From Poseidonia sp. (lineage in GTDB: Archaea; Thermoplasmatota; Poseidoniia; Poseidoniales; Poseidoniaceae), in contig JBMYQB010000002.1 in assembly GCA_049600935.1 (NCBI GenBank), positions 14,302 to 78,301 of the forward strand: a stretch of DNA of 64,000 nucleotides, given 5' to 3'. Below are positions 9,287 through 18,418 of this stretch, one piece after another. How positions within the stretch are numbered: position 1 is the first letter of the stretch; each line of letters begins with the position of its first letter. The translations under genes and the position numbers were made by a program. Under the pieces are notes generated by a model, which ran no database searches, was not told where the DNA came from, and saw nothing but the letters and a program-made list of their open reading frames with translations.

Positions 9287-10407
9287 AGATGGGCATCCAT
9301 CACGACACCTATTCGGCGGTCCAGCCAGGTAAACCAGGTTCGGCGATGTACCCGCAATCACCGCTGGGTGAGAAGGTGGAAGGGATTCCGACGGGCCGAG
9401 ACGTGGCTTGGGAACCACTGGTGGATTACCGACGAAACGGCGTTTCTGAAACGACCATCCATGGAGCCGTGGCTTGGGCACACGGCGACGAAGTCATCCA
9501 TTCCTTCGGAGGCAACGTGCTGTGTTATGGCCGCTCGATGATGAAACCCTTCATGCTCAAGGCCTTCACCAAAGAACTGGAAGATTGTTCATGGGAACAA
9601 AAGGCCATCGCTGTGGCCTCGCACAACGGCGACACCGAACACGTCGCAACGGCGCAATCCCTTCTGAGCCAATCCGAATGGCCGTTGATGTTGACCCCCC
9701 TCGATGTGCCCCTGATTCAATTCGGCCGTCAAGTCCGTCGCCCTCGGCGCTGGTTTCACACCTGTTCGGGTGAACACGCAGCCATCCTGCGTGGATGCCG
9801 CATGAAGGGATGGAACCGTGCAGGGTACACGCTTCCAACGCACGAAGTCTTCCACGCGTACATGGAGCAATTGCGCACCTACCTCGGTGCGGAATGGACA
9901 CCGCTTCGCATTGCCAAGGACGGGTGTGGCCTTCCCACCGTCTCCAACACCGTTTCAGAATTGGCTCAGATTTACGCTGGTCTGGTCAGAGACAAGGACG
10001 ATGATTGGATTTGGGAGGCGATGGTCCGCCATCCAGACCTGGTCGGGGGGTTCAACCGCCTTGATTCAACCGTATTGAAAGCAGGAGAAGGACGTGTCAT
10101 CGCCAAAGAAGGCGCCGATGGATTGTTGGGGCTGGCCATTGAGCATCCTGACTATCCGAAAGGCCTCGGTATCGTGGTGAAAATCGCCCACGGATGGAAT
10201 TCACAGGCGACCTGGTATGTGGCGAGAGCCCTGCTGGGCGTCCTCGGCATCAACCTTCGGAATCCCTACCCGTTGCATCGACAAAAGGCCTTCATCGTCC
10301 CCGGCATCGTGCCCGAGCGCTATGTTGAGGTGCTCGAGACCGTTCCAACATGGGACGAATGGGACCCGGACCAGGACCGATGGCACTACGACCCGGAGGT
10401 GGTGTGA
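9283..10407 (+). CDS. Asparaginase II family protein (PF06089-type)
   Basis: Family motifs in the expected order: GRSMMKPFM, VASHNGDTEHV, CSGEHAAIL, KDGCGLPT, AKEGADGL. Translationally coupled on both sides: ATGA at 9283 and TGATG at 10405-10409. Confidence 0.8.
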   Translation: MKMGIHHDTYSAVQPGKPGSAMYPQSPLGEKVEGIPTGRDVAWEPLVDYRRNGVSETTIHGAVAWAHGDEVIHSFGGNVLCYGRSMMKPFMLKAFTKELEDCSWEQKAIAVASHNGDTEHVATAQSLLSQSEWPLMLTPLDVPLIQFGRQVRRPRRWFHTCSGEHAAILRGCRMKGWNRAGYTLPTHEVFHAYMEQLRTYLGAEWTPLRIAKDGCGLPTVSNTVSELAQIYAGLVRDKDDDWIWEAMVRHPDLVGGFNRLDSTVLKAGEGRVIAKEGADGLLGLAIEHPDYPKGLGIVVKIAHGWNSQATWYVARALLGVLGINLRNPYPLHRQKAFIVPGIVPERYVEVLETVPTWDEWDPDQDRWHYDPEVV

Positions 10408-11855
10408 TGGACCCGGTTTTGAACTACATCAACGGCATCTTCCAACCCGCTGCATCCAACGCAACGTTGGACACCGTCAACCCCGCCACGGGCCAGGTGA
10501 TCACCACCTTGCCTCGTTCTTCATCGGACGATGTGGCCGAGGCAACACGGGCAGCGCTCAGTGCGCTACCATCCTGGTCCCAGACGACCATGGAGGAGCG
10601 AATGGCCTGGCTTCATCGCATCGCCGATGCGCTTGAGGCTGATGCTGAAACCATTGCCCAACTCGAAAGCATGGACACCGGTAAGCCCATCACACTCGCC
10701 AGAAGAGTTGATGCCAGTCGTTCGGTGTCCAATTTCCGATTCTTTGCAGATTTTGGTCGCGAGCACAGCGAACCAACCTTCGCCGACCACGGGGCGGTGA
10801 ATCACGTCCACCGTTCACCCGTCGGTTGTGTTGGGCTCATCACACCGTGGAATCTTCCGCTCTATTTGCTTACGTGGAAGGTTGCTCCTGCCCTGTTGAT
10901 GGGCAACACCATCGTGGCCAAACCTTCCGAACTCACGCCCATGACCGCCAACCACCTTGCCAAAACCTTGGACGCTATCGGGTTTCCAAAAGGGGTCTTC
11001 AACTTGGTTCATGGCCTTGGCCCCGAAGTCGGTCAGGCCATCGTGGAACACCCGGACATCCGCGGGATTTCGTTCACTGGCGGTACCGCAACCGGGAAAA
11101 TTGTCGCCGGTACGGCCGCACCGATGTTCAAGAAACTCTCCTTGGAATTGGGAGGAAAGAACGCCACCATCGTGTTGGACGATGCACCCTTGGATGAGGT
11201 CATGGACGGGTTGGTTCGAGCTTCGTTCACCAACTCTGGACAAGTGTGTTTGTGCGGTTCTCGCGTGCTGGTTGATGCGTCGATTTACGACGAGTTCAAA
11301 TCCAAATTTGTTCAAGCGGTGAGCGAAATCAATGTCGGCGACCCGAGTTCTGAAGCAACGGTCATGGGCTCCGTCATCTCAAAAGATCATCAAAACAAAG
11401 TGGAGAATTACATCAACCTCGGACTTGAGGAAGGCGGGATTGTGTTGACCGGCGGTACGTCCAGCGAGCAACCGGTGAAAGGTGTGCCAAGTAAGGGCGC
11501 CTTCCTTCGCCCAACGGTCATCGACGGCCTCAGCCACACATCACGCACGGCAACCGAGGAAATCTTCGGGCCCGTTGTCACCCTTCACCCCTTCTCCACG
11601 GAAGACGAAGCCGTCGAGATGGCCAACTGCACCGACTACGGTCTCGCAGGGTCGGTGTGGACCGCCGATTCTGCCCGCGGTCATGCGTTTGCCAAGCGTC
11701 TTGATACCGGCATTGTCTGGGTTAACACGTGGCTCAACCGAGACCTCCGAACGCCCTTTGGTGGCGTCAAACAATCCGGTGTGGGGCGTGAAGGCGGTTC
11801 ATGGTCGCTCAACTTCTTCTCAGAACTCACCAATATCTGCGTGCAGAACCCTTGA
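10407..11855 (+). CDS. NAD-dependent aldehyde dehydrogenase, 2-hydroxymuconic / 2-aminomuconic semialdehyde dehydrogenase-like
   Basis: ALDH motifs ITPWNLPL, ELGGKNA, catalytic Cys in SGQVCLCGSR, and EEIFGPV. VSNFRFFADF matches the NFRFFA signature I associate with the XylG/DmpC/AmnC clade. Start set at the ATG at 10407 (MDPVLNYINGIF), which overlaps the upstream stop. Confidence 0.85.
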   Translation: MDPVLNYINGIFQPAASNATLDTVNPATGQVITTLPRSSSDDVAEATRAALSALPSWSQTTMEERMAWLHRIADALEADAETIAQLESMDTGKPITLARRVDASRSVSNFRFFADFGREHSEPTFADHGAVNHVHRSPVGCVGLITPWNLPLYLLTWKVAPALLMGNTIVAKPSELTPMTANHLAKTLDAIGFPKGVFNLVHGLGPEVGQAIVEHPDIRGISFTGGTATGKIVAGTAAPMFKKLSLELGGKNATIVLDDAPLDEVMDGLVRASFTNSGQVCLCGSRVLVDASIYDEFKSKFVQAVSEINVGDPSSEATVMGSVISKDHQNKVENYINLGLEEGGIVLTGGTSSEQPVKGVPSKGAFLRPTVIDGLSHTSRTATEEIFGPVVTLHPFSTEDEAVEMANCTDYGLAGSVWTADSARGHAFAKRLDTGIVWVNTWLNRDLRTPFGGVKQSGVGREGGSWSLNFFSELTNICVQNP

Positions 11856-11893
11856 GAACACATGTTCAAATGCCTCCGCCGTGAGGTGAAAGC

Positions 11894-12622
11894 ATGGACG
11901 AAGACCCCCTCCCGCTCTTCGTCTTGCCCATGGTCCTGTTTCCCGGAGAACTTCAGGAATTGCGAGTCTTCGAGCCACGGTATCGACAGATGCTCGACAC
12001 CTGTATCCTTGATGAGCGCCCCTTCGGACTGGTCATGAACGACCCGTTTGAGCCAACCAACGGCTGGGATGGACCCCGACGCCACGGTTGTGAAGCCATC
12101 ATTGTCAATCATGAAACACGGGGCGTCAATCACTTCATCACCATCACCGGTGGACGACGCTTCTTGATTGACAGCGTCATTGAGCCCGCCCTTCCTCCCT
12201 TTTCCGACCCGTCAATGGCAGGCCTCATCGAAGAAGGGGTGGCTCCCGATGTTGATACGCTCCTCGAACACCTCCCCGAGGATGCGACCCACAGTAACTT
12301 GTACATCGCCGCCAACGTGAGTTACCTCGACGAAGTGGGCGAACTGAGTGATGACGACCAAGACTTCCTTCGCACCCTCACGAACACCATCGTCCACCGA
12401 GCAGGACGGGGCATGAACGTCGATGTTGACGTGCTCGACCAATGGGTAAATTCCATCTGTGAGGAACAGATCAGCGAGCGAAAAGAATCCATCTACAACA
12501 TCGCAGCCCTTTGCCTCAACGACCTAGAGTCGAGGCAACAACTGCTGGCCTGCGCCAACGCTGCCGAAGCCCTGCACGAATTCCAAAACCAAGTTTTCGG
12601 CTTCGGTGATGAAGCAGAATAA
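11894..12622 (+). CDS. Stand-alone LON N-terminal (substrate-binding) domain protein
   Basis: [28 protein letters not shown] is the typical opening of the LON substrate-binding domain. There is no AAA+ or protease domain. Acidic C-terminal half. Confidence 0.7.
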   Translation: MDEDPLPLFVLPMVLFPGELQELRVFEPRYRQMLDTCILDERPFGLVMNDPFEPTNGWDGPRRHGCEAIIVNHETRGVNHFITITGGRRFLIDSVIEPALPPFSDPSMAGLIEEGVAPDVDTLLEHLPEDATHSNLYIAANVSYLDEVGELSDDDQDFLRTLTNTIVHRAGRGMNVDVDVLDQWVNSICEEQISERKESIYNIAALCLNDLESRQQLLACANAAEALHEFQNQVFGFGDEAE

Positions 12623-12665
12623 GCGTAGGCGACGAATTGAAAACACGGTGGCCGCTGGAACAACC

Positions 12666-13487
12666 ATGTCCGTCTACGCTGAAGCACGGAAGGTGACAAC
12701 CCACACGCTTCAGGAAATGAAGCGTGCAGGTGAGAAAATCACCATGCTCACCGCATATGATTACTCGCTTGCTCGACTGGTCGACCAGGCCGGTGTCGAT
12801 GTGATTCTGGTCGGTGATTCGGCGTCCAACGTGATGGCGGGGCAGGTGACCACCGTTCCCATGACCCTCGACCACATGATCTACCACGCTCAGTGCGTTG
12901 AGCGAGCCGTTGACCGCGCCCTGCTGGTGGTTGACATGCCGTTTGGCACCTACCAGGGTAACTCACGCCAAGCCCTCGATTCGGCAATTCGTATCATGAA
13001 AGAATCCAGCGGCCACGCGGTCAAGTTGGAAGGCGGGGCAGAAATCGTCGAGTCGGTTGAGCGTATCTTGACCGCTGGCATCCCCGTGATGGGCCATCTC
13101 GGACTCACGCCGCAATCCATCTACAAGTTTGGCACCTATTCTGTGCGAGCCAAAGAAGACGAGGAGGCGGAGAAACTCATCGCCGACGCCAAAGTCCTCG
13201 AAGCCGCTGGGTGCTTCGCCATCGTGCTTGAGAAAATTCCACGAGAACTCGCCAAGCGCGTCTCCGCCGAATTGACCGTTCCAACGATTGGGATTGGTGC
13301 TGGTCCCGATGTGGACGGGCAAGTCCTCGTCCTTCACGACCTGTTGGGCATCACGATGGATTTCTCCCCACGCTTCTTGCGCCGCTACCTCAACCTCGCC
13401 GAGGAGATTGACGGCGCCATCAAAGGCTATTGCGCCGATGTTCGGTCGGGGGATTTCCCCAACGAAGACGAATCCTACACGTCGTGA
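12666..13487 (+). CDS. panB: 3-methyl-2-oxobutanoate hydroxymethyltransferase (ketopantoate hydroxymethyltransferase)
   Basis: [41 protein letters not shown]. Start set at the ATG at 12666 ([10 protein letters not shown]), which avoids overlap with the preceding gene. Confidence 0.9.
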   Translation: MSVYAEARKVTTHTLQEMKRAGEKITMLTAYDYSLARLVDQAGVDVILVGDSASNVMAGQVTTVPMTLDHMIYHAQCVERAVDRALLVVDMPFGTYQGNSRQALDSAIRIMKESSGHAVKLEGGAEIVESVERILTAGIPVMGHLGLTPQSIYKFGTYSVRAKEDEEAEKLIADAKVLEAAGCFAIVLEKIPRELAKRVSAELTVPTIGIGAGPDVDGQVLVLHDLLGITMDFSPRFLRRYLNLAEEIDGAIKGYCADVRSGDFPNEDESYTS

Positions 13488-13488
13488 T

Positions 13489-13983
13489 TCAACCCAGCAG
13501 ACTGTAGTAGAGCAGCGAGCCCCCGAGCGCCCCAATGTTCACGCCCAACGTGTGCCAGATGGCGAGACGAAACGGTGGTAGGTGGAAGCGCCACCACGAA
13601 GTACTCAACCAAATCCAAACCACGACGGCAAGGTAGCCGCCACAGACGAAACCACCCAGCCCCGTGGACCACACGAACATCAGTGGAAGGGCAAGAACGG
13701 CGATCCCACCGAGATAGTCAACCCACATGGCTTGTGGGTGGGGCGTGAGCATTTTGTGCAGCAGAGGCGAACAGAGCATCATCACGATGAGTGCCCCTTG
13801 TGGAGGATTGGGCAGACCGTACGTCAACTGCGGAGAAATCAGCGCTTGCCAAGCAGCACCGACGGCCAAGCCAAACAACGTCGGGAAGATGACATTATCC
13901 CATGTCTCTTTCCAAGTCGCAGAGACGGGTTGTTGAACAGGAATCTCTACGGGAGCCTCAGCCTCCACCGCTTCTTCCCCCAT
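13489..13983 (-). CDS. Hypothetical integral membrane protein (about 4 TM)
   Basis: ATG verified at 13983. Hydrophobic segments: IFPTLFGLAVGAAWQALI, GALIVMMLCSPLL, LGGIAVLALPLMFVW, FVCGGYLAVVVWIWL, LGVNIGALGGSLLYY. Confidence 0.55.
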   Translation of the reverse strand: MGEEAVEAEAPVEIPVQQPVSATWKETWDNVIFPTLFGLAVGAAWQALISPQLTYGLPNPPQGALIVMMLCSPLLHKMLTPHPQAMWVDYLGGIAVLALPLMFVWSTGLGGFVCGGYLAVVVWIWLSTSWWRFHLPPFRLAIWHTLGVNIGALGGSLLYYSLLG

Positions 13984-14080
13984 GGTTGAACCACGGCAAC
14001 CGGCCGTTTATGGCTTCGCGTTTGCACCTCTTGATGAAGAACGCCGATGATGAATTAAACCTCATCGCTATGGGTGAAAC

Positions 14081-14983
14081 ATGGGCAAGGGCCAGATTGT
14101 TGCGGGCTGCCTCGCACCTCACCCCCCACATTTGGTCTATGCAGAAAACCCGCCGCAAAATGAACCCGTGGCTGAAGGCGGATGGGAGCAGTTGCGCTGG
14201 GGGTATGAACGCCTCCGTGCATCCCTCGCCGACCACGAGTACGATGCTATTGTCCTCCTCTCTCCCCACTGGCAAACGTATGTCGGCACGCATTTCCTCG
14301 GATTGCCGCATTTTGAGGGCCTTTCTGTGGACCCCATCTTCCCGAACCTCTTCCGCTATCACTACGACATGAACGTGGACGTCGAACTCGCCCAAGCCAT
14401 TCATGACGAAGCAGCAGCGGCTGGACTCCCGGTAAAAATGATGGAAAACCCTGACTTCCGAGTTGATTACGGCACCATCACCACGGGCCATTTGTTCAAT
14501 CCGGACTGGGACAAGCCTCTCGTCGTCATCTCAAGCAACCGCTCTACGGCCTATTATTCCGTTGAAGTGATGCAGGAGATCATGATTGAACTCGGTAAAG
14601 TCACCCGGAAGGCGATTGAGGCCAGTGGAAAGAAGGTCGTGGTGTTGGCCAGCAATTCGCTCTCTCATCGCCATTTCACGACCGAATCCGAAGTCCCAGA
14701 AGACATGAGCAAGGAGCACATCACCAGTCACGCCATGCACCTGTGGGACATGCGAATGATCGATTACATGCGTAGTGGCCAAGCCCAACGCATCCTCGAC
14801 GAAATGCCTGAGTTCACCGAACAAGCCATCGCGGAAAGCGACGGTGGTGGACTCTCCTGGTTGCTTTCAACCCTCGACGTTCCCAACTATCCCGCCATCC
14901 TTCACGGCTACGGCACCATCATCGGCACGGGCAACGCAGTCGTGGAATGGCCGTGCTACGCCCATGAGGTGACCGAGGGATGA
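14081..14983 (+). CDS. LigB-family (class III) extradiol ring-cleavage dioxygenase, catalytic subunit, 2-aminophenol 1,6-dioxygenase beta (AmnB)-like
   Basis: GCLAPHPPHLVYAENPPQNEP, LLSPHWQT, FRVDYGTITT, NSLSHRH, GYGTIIGTGNAV. From memory this closely resembles AmnB/HpaD-type LigB enzymes. The stop overlaps the next start (ATGA at 14980-14983). Confidence 0.8.
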   Translation: MGKGQIVAGCLAPHPPHLVYAENPPQNEPVAEGGWEQLRWGYERLRASLADHEYDAIVLLSPHWQTYVGTHFLGLPHFEGLSVDPIFPNLFRYHYDMNVDVELAQAIHDEAAAAGLPVKMMENPDFRVDYGTITTGHLFNPDWDKPLVVISSNRSTAYYSVEVMQEIMIELGKVTRKAIEASGKKVVVLASNSLSHRHFTTESEVPEDMSKEHITSHAMHLWDMRMIDYMRSGQAQRILDEMPEFTEQAIAESDGGGLSWLLSTLDVPNYPAILHGYGTIIGTGNAVVEWPCYAHEVTEG

Positions 14984-16398
14984 GTCAAGGCGAGGTCGTG
15001 GCCTCCTTTGTGGTCCCTGTTCACCCGCATACGGTGCTTGCACCGGACCAGAATCCAGGGTGGAGAAAGCTTCGCGATGCGTTTGACGAGGCGGCTCAAA
15101 CGATTCAAGACCTTGAAGCGGATTTGCTCATCATTTACTCCACCACATGGCCTTCCATCATCGGCCATCAAATCCAAGCAGACCCCAATCCCGAATGGGT
15201 GATGGTCGACCATGATTTCCACGATTTGGGCTCCATCCCCTACTCGTTCAACATCGATGCTGACTTCGCCCATGCATGGGACGATGCCAACCGAAACCGA
15301 GGCCTTCAGAGCCGTTGTGTGAACTACAAAGGATTCCCCATCGACGTGGGTTCCGTGGTGGCGTTGACCTTGCTCAACCCTGACAACCGCATTCCTGCAG
15401 TCATCGTTTCCTCAAACATGTATGCGAACCGAACCGAAACCACGGTGCTCGCCAAATCGTGTCTTGATGTGATTCAAGCCCAGGGTCGAAAAGCCGTGGC
15501 CATCACGGCCATGTCCCTCTCCAATCGGATGTTCACCGACTTCATCGAGGCAAAGGAAGACAAAATCCACTCCCTCAAGGACGACGAGTGGAATCGGAAA
15601 ATTCTCGAATTCCTTGAACAAGGCCGTCTCGAAGACGTCGGTCAACTTTCCAGAACCATTCACCGCCAAATTCGCGTGCAAAAAGTGGTGGCCTTCAAAC
15701 CGATGTGGTGGCTTTCCGCCATGAACGGCAACCGCAACGACTTGACGGGTCGCGTGCTGGCCTACGAGGCCATTCACGGCGCGGGTGGCGCTGTGGTTCA
15801 TATCGACCCAACCTCAACGGGGATCGGCGACAAGGAATACGACGAGGACGATGTGGAGTATTTCCACGGGGAACGAGGTGTTCTTGACGCCGCCGATGAT
15901 GAAGAAGCCGAGCCAACTCCTCAGCCCGCACCCCGTGCTGACGCCAACGGCCCTGAGCTTTGGGACCCAACGGAAGCGGACGGCTCGGTAAACACCGAGG
16001 CGGCTCCAAAACCAGTTGGCGCCTACCCCCATGCAAGAAAAGTCGGTAACATGCTCTTCCTCTCGGGCGTGGGGCCCCGGCAACCCGGCACGAATGCTAT
16101 TCCTGGCGGACCGATTCACGATGAAAACGGAGAGCCGTTGGACTATGACATCCGGGCCCAAACCCACGCCGTCGTCAACAATGTACGACGCATTGTAGAG
16201 GAGGCAGGCGCCTCCATGGACCAAGTCGTTGACGTCACCACCTTCTTGGTGGACATGAAGCGTGATTTTGCAGGCTACAACGAGGTGTGGGCCGAAACCC
16301 TCGGAAAAGTGGGGCCGACTCGGACAACGCTGGCCATCGACGCACTTCCAACGCCCATTGCAGTGGAAATGAAGGTCATCGTCCACCTCGGCGAGTAA
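14980..16398 (+). CDS. Fusion protein: LigB-like non-catalytic subunit (AmnA-like, about 14980-15800), acidic linker, and RidA/YjgF-family deaminase domain (about 16001-16395)
   Basis: The N-terminal domain is a paralogue of the upstream gene (VVPVHPHTVLA, PIDVGSVVALTLL). The second metal-His context SPHW is replaced by STTW. Linker: DKEYDEDDVEYF...DDEEAEPTPQPAP. RidA-like domain: KPVGAYPHARKVGNMLFLSGVG ... VDVTTFL ... GPTRTTLAIDALPTPIAVEMKVI. Confidence 0.75.
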   Translation: MSQGEVVASFVVPVHPHTVLAPDQNPGWRKLRDAFDEAAQTIQDLEADLLIIYSTTWPSIIGHQIQADPNPEWVMVDHDFHDLGSIPYSFNIDADFAHAWDDANRNRGLQSRCVNYKGFPIDVGSVVALTLLNPDNRIPAVIVSSNMYANRTETTVLAKSCLDVIQAQGRKAVAITAMSLSNRMFTDFIEAKEDKIHSLKDDEWNRKILEFLEQGRLEDVGQLSRTIHRQIRVQKVVAFKPMWWLSAMNGNRNDLTGRVLAYEAIHGAGGAVVHIDPTSTGIGDKEYDEDDVEYFHGERGVLDAADDEEAEPTPQPAPRADANGPELWDPTEADGSVNTEAAPKPVGAYPHARKVGNMLFLSGVGPRQPGTNAIPGGPIHDENGEPLDYDIRAQTHAVVNNVRRIVEEAGASMDQVVDVTTFLVDMKRDFAGYNEVWAETLGKVGPTRTTLAIDALPTPIAVEMKVIVHLGE

Positions 16399-16469
16399 TT
16401 TCCGGATTTCGGCGATTGATTCCCCTAATCGGACAAGAGTTCAAGGACAGGCTCCACTTACGGGGTAAT

Positions 16470-16486
16470 ACAAGCCAAAGGCTTGT
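16470..16486 (+). promoter_or_regulatory. Perfect 7-bp stem / 3-nt loop hairpin (ACAAGCC AAA GGCTTGT) in the leader of the permease gene
   Basis: Read directly from the sequence, 20 nt upstream of the ATG at 16506. It is nested near a second potential helix, CCCCTAA (16422-16428) with TTACGGGG (16458-16465). Confidence 0.3.
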
Positions 16487-16505
16487 CGGAATTCGGGGAA
16501 TTTCT

Positions 16506-17903
16506 ATGGGCGTTGAAAAAACGGTTGAACTAGCCCGCACCATCGGTCTGAAAACCCTCGTGATTCTTTCGTTGTCATCGATGCTGGGATCGGGAATTTT
16601 CCTTCTCCCTGCCTTTGCCCATGAAGTGGTGGGCCCCGGCATGTGGTTCGCCTTCATCTTGGCCGGCAGCGTGGTGATTTCCAGTGCCTATTCCAAAGCA
16701 GAATTGGCCAGTGCCATGCCCCAGTCCGGAGGATTCTACGTTTATGCTGAACGCACCTATGGATACCTTGTCGGCACCATCAGCGGGTTAGGATTGTTTG
16801 CATCGTTTATGCTCAAATCAGCTTTTGCTCTCGTTGGTTTTGCAGCCTACATGAAGGTCATCACCGACCATTACGGCATCGAAAACGTCAACTCAAACGC
16901 TATTGCAATGGTGCTGCTTGCGTTTATTCTGCTCGTCAACTTGACCGGAGTGAAGGCCATCAAGAAGGTCCAAATCCCGATCGTGACGGGTGCCATGGCC
17001 ATGGTCGTGGTATTGTGCATCATGGCCTTGTTCTCCCCGGACTTGGACCTCGGCCGACCCGTCGAAAACTTCCAACCCGTCAGCCTGAGCATGGGAACGG
17101 CCGCCGCCCTCGTGTTCGTTGCCTTTTCCGGGGCCATCAAGGTCGGAGCGATTGGGGGAGAGGTTATCGACCCAGAAACAAACCTTCCTCGAGGCATGAT
17201 TCAATCCCTCTTCATCGCCACCCTTCTCTACGCCGTCGTGGCGTACATCATGGCCGCCGTGATGGACCCGGGGGCCTTCATGACCGGAACCCCGCCGCAC
17301 GCCGTTGAAAACCCCATCTCGGTCTTTGCCGACTCTGTGGCAGGCACGGCCGTAGTACTGATCGCCTCGTTTGTCGCCATCATCGCCATGGCGTCCATGG
17401 CCCTCGCCGGCGTCCTCTCATCCTCACGCTTCCTTTACGCCATGGCCAAGGACGGCGTGCTCCCAGCCTCACTCGGTGAACTCAACGAGCGATACAAGAC
17501 ACCGCACTGGCCTATCTTGCTCACTGGCCTGTTGATGGCCGTGTCCATCTACTCGTTCGACGTCCATGTCATCGCAGAACTTGCCTCTGGATTCATCCTC
17601 ATGGTGTTCATCGTCCTCAATCTAACGGTGGTCGTGCTTCGTGGTGCAGGCCCAAAACACGAATGGAACCCAACTTACCGGTCCCCGTTGTACCCGTTGC
17701 CACAAATTTACGGCACCGTGGCGGGCATCTTTATGTTGGTGTTAATGGGGAAGAAAGCCCTGTTCGGCGGCGGTGGAGCCATCCTGCTCGGCATCCTCGC
17801 CTGGTACGCCTACGGGCGGAAAAATGTCAAACCTCGAGAAGGTTCTACGCCTCTGAATGCCTTGTTGGGCCGGGACGACAGTGACGCCGAAAAAAGCAGT
17901 TGA
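16506..17903 (+). CDS. APC-superfamily amino acid permease
   Basis: About 12 hydrophobic segments. The N-terminal motif SMLGSGIFLLP is typical of amino-acid/polyamine permeases. Start set at the ATG at 16506 (MGVEKTVELART), because the track start at 16287 overlaps the upstream gene. Confidence 0.85.
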   Translation: MGVEKTVELARTIGLKTLVILSLSSMLGSGIFLLPAFAHEVVGPGMWFAFILAGSVVISSAYSKAELASAMPQSGGFYVYAERTYGYLVGTISGLGLFASFMLKSAFALVGFAAYMKVITDHYGIENVNSNAIAMVLLAFILLVNLTGVKAIKKVQIPIVTGAMAMVVVLCIMALFSPDLDLGRPVENFQPVSLSMGTAAALVFVAFSGAIKVGAIGGEVIDPETNLPRGMIQSLFIATLLYAVVAYIMAAVMDPGAFMTGTPPHAVENPISVFADSVAGTAVVLIASFVAIIAMASMALAGVLSSSRFLYAMAKDGVLPASLGELNERYKTPHWPILLTGLLMAVSIYSFDVHVIAELASGFILMVFIVLNLTVVVLRGAGPKHEWNPTYRSPLYPLPQIYGTVAGIFMLVLMGKKALFGGGGAILLGILAWYAYGRKNVKPREGSTPLNALLGRDDSDAEKSS

Positions 17904-17914
17904 AACCGCTCCCG

Positions 17915-17919
17915 TTTTT
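17915..17919 (+). terminator. Oligo-T tract (T5) 12 nt after the permease stop; candidate archaeal terminator
   Basis: CCCGTTTTTG read directly from the sequence. Archaeal termination commonly uses oligo-T. Weak evidence. Confidence 0.25.
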
Positions 17920-17938
17920 GCATTCAAGCGAAGAACGC

Positions 17939-18358
17939 TCAAGCGAGAATCAACCGAAGATTCTCCAGGCTCCGCAGTTCTGCGAAGTAGATTTGCTCGA
18001 TGGCGTCGTACATCTCCTGGTCGCCGACCTCTTCGAGCAACTCAATGATACCAGCATACACCTCGGCGGCCTTGGTCTCGGTCTCAAGGGAACGTTCCAG
18101 CATGGCCTTGTAGTCGGTCGTGTGAACGATGGGGTGGGGGTTGCGCTCCGTCACGGGCACACCACCGAGTTTCACAACAGCCCGGCGGACCACATCAGCA
18201 TGAGCGAGCGATTCTGAGGCTTCTTCGTTGAACATGGGGTCGAGTTGGAGGCGGTGAATGCCCTGAATGTTAGCGGCGTAATGAGCATACATGTTGAGGG
18301 CTCGTAATTCCCAACCCAGCGCTTCGTTGAGGCGGTCAATGAGGACTTGAATCTCCAT
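17939..18358 (-). CDS. Ferritin-like four-helix-bundle protein (bacterioferritin/Dps-like)
   Basis: MEIQVLIDRLNEALGWELRALNMYAHYA ... EEASESLAHADVV ... LETETKAAEVY ... YFAELRSLE aligns by eye with bacterioferritin helices, but the di-iron ligand set is incomplete. The track start at 18388 is TTG; the first ATG is at 18358. Confidence 0.65.
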   Translation of the reverse strand: MEIQVLIDRLNEALGWELRALNMYAHYAANIQGIHRLQLDPMFNEEASESLAHADVVRRAVVKLGGVPVTERNPHPIVHTTDYKAMLERSLETETKAAEVYAGIIELLEEVGDQEMYDAIEQIYFAELRSLENLRLILA

Positions 18359-18418
18359 GCTATCGGTGAAGACTGATGGGTCATCCAATATGAACCCGCG
18401 TCTGCCAGGTCATCAAGT

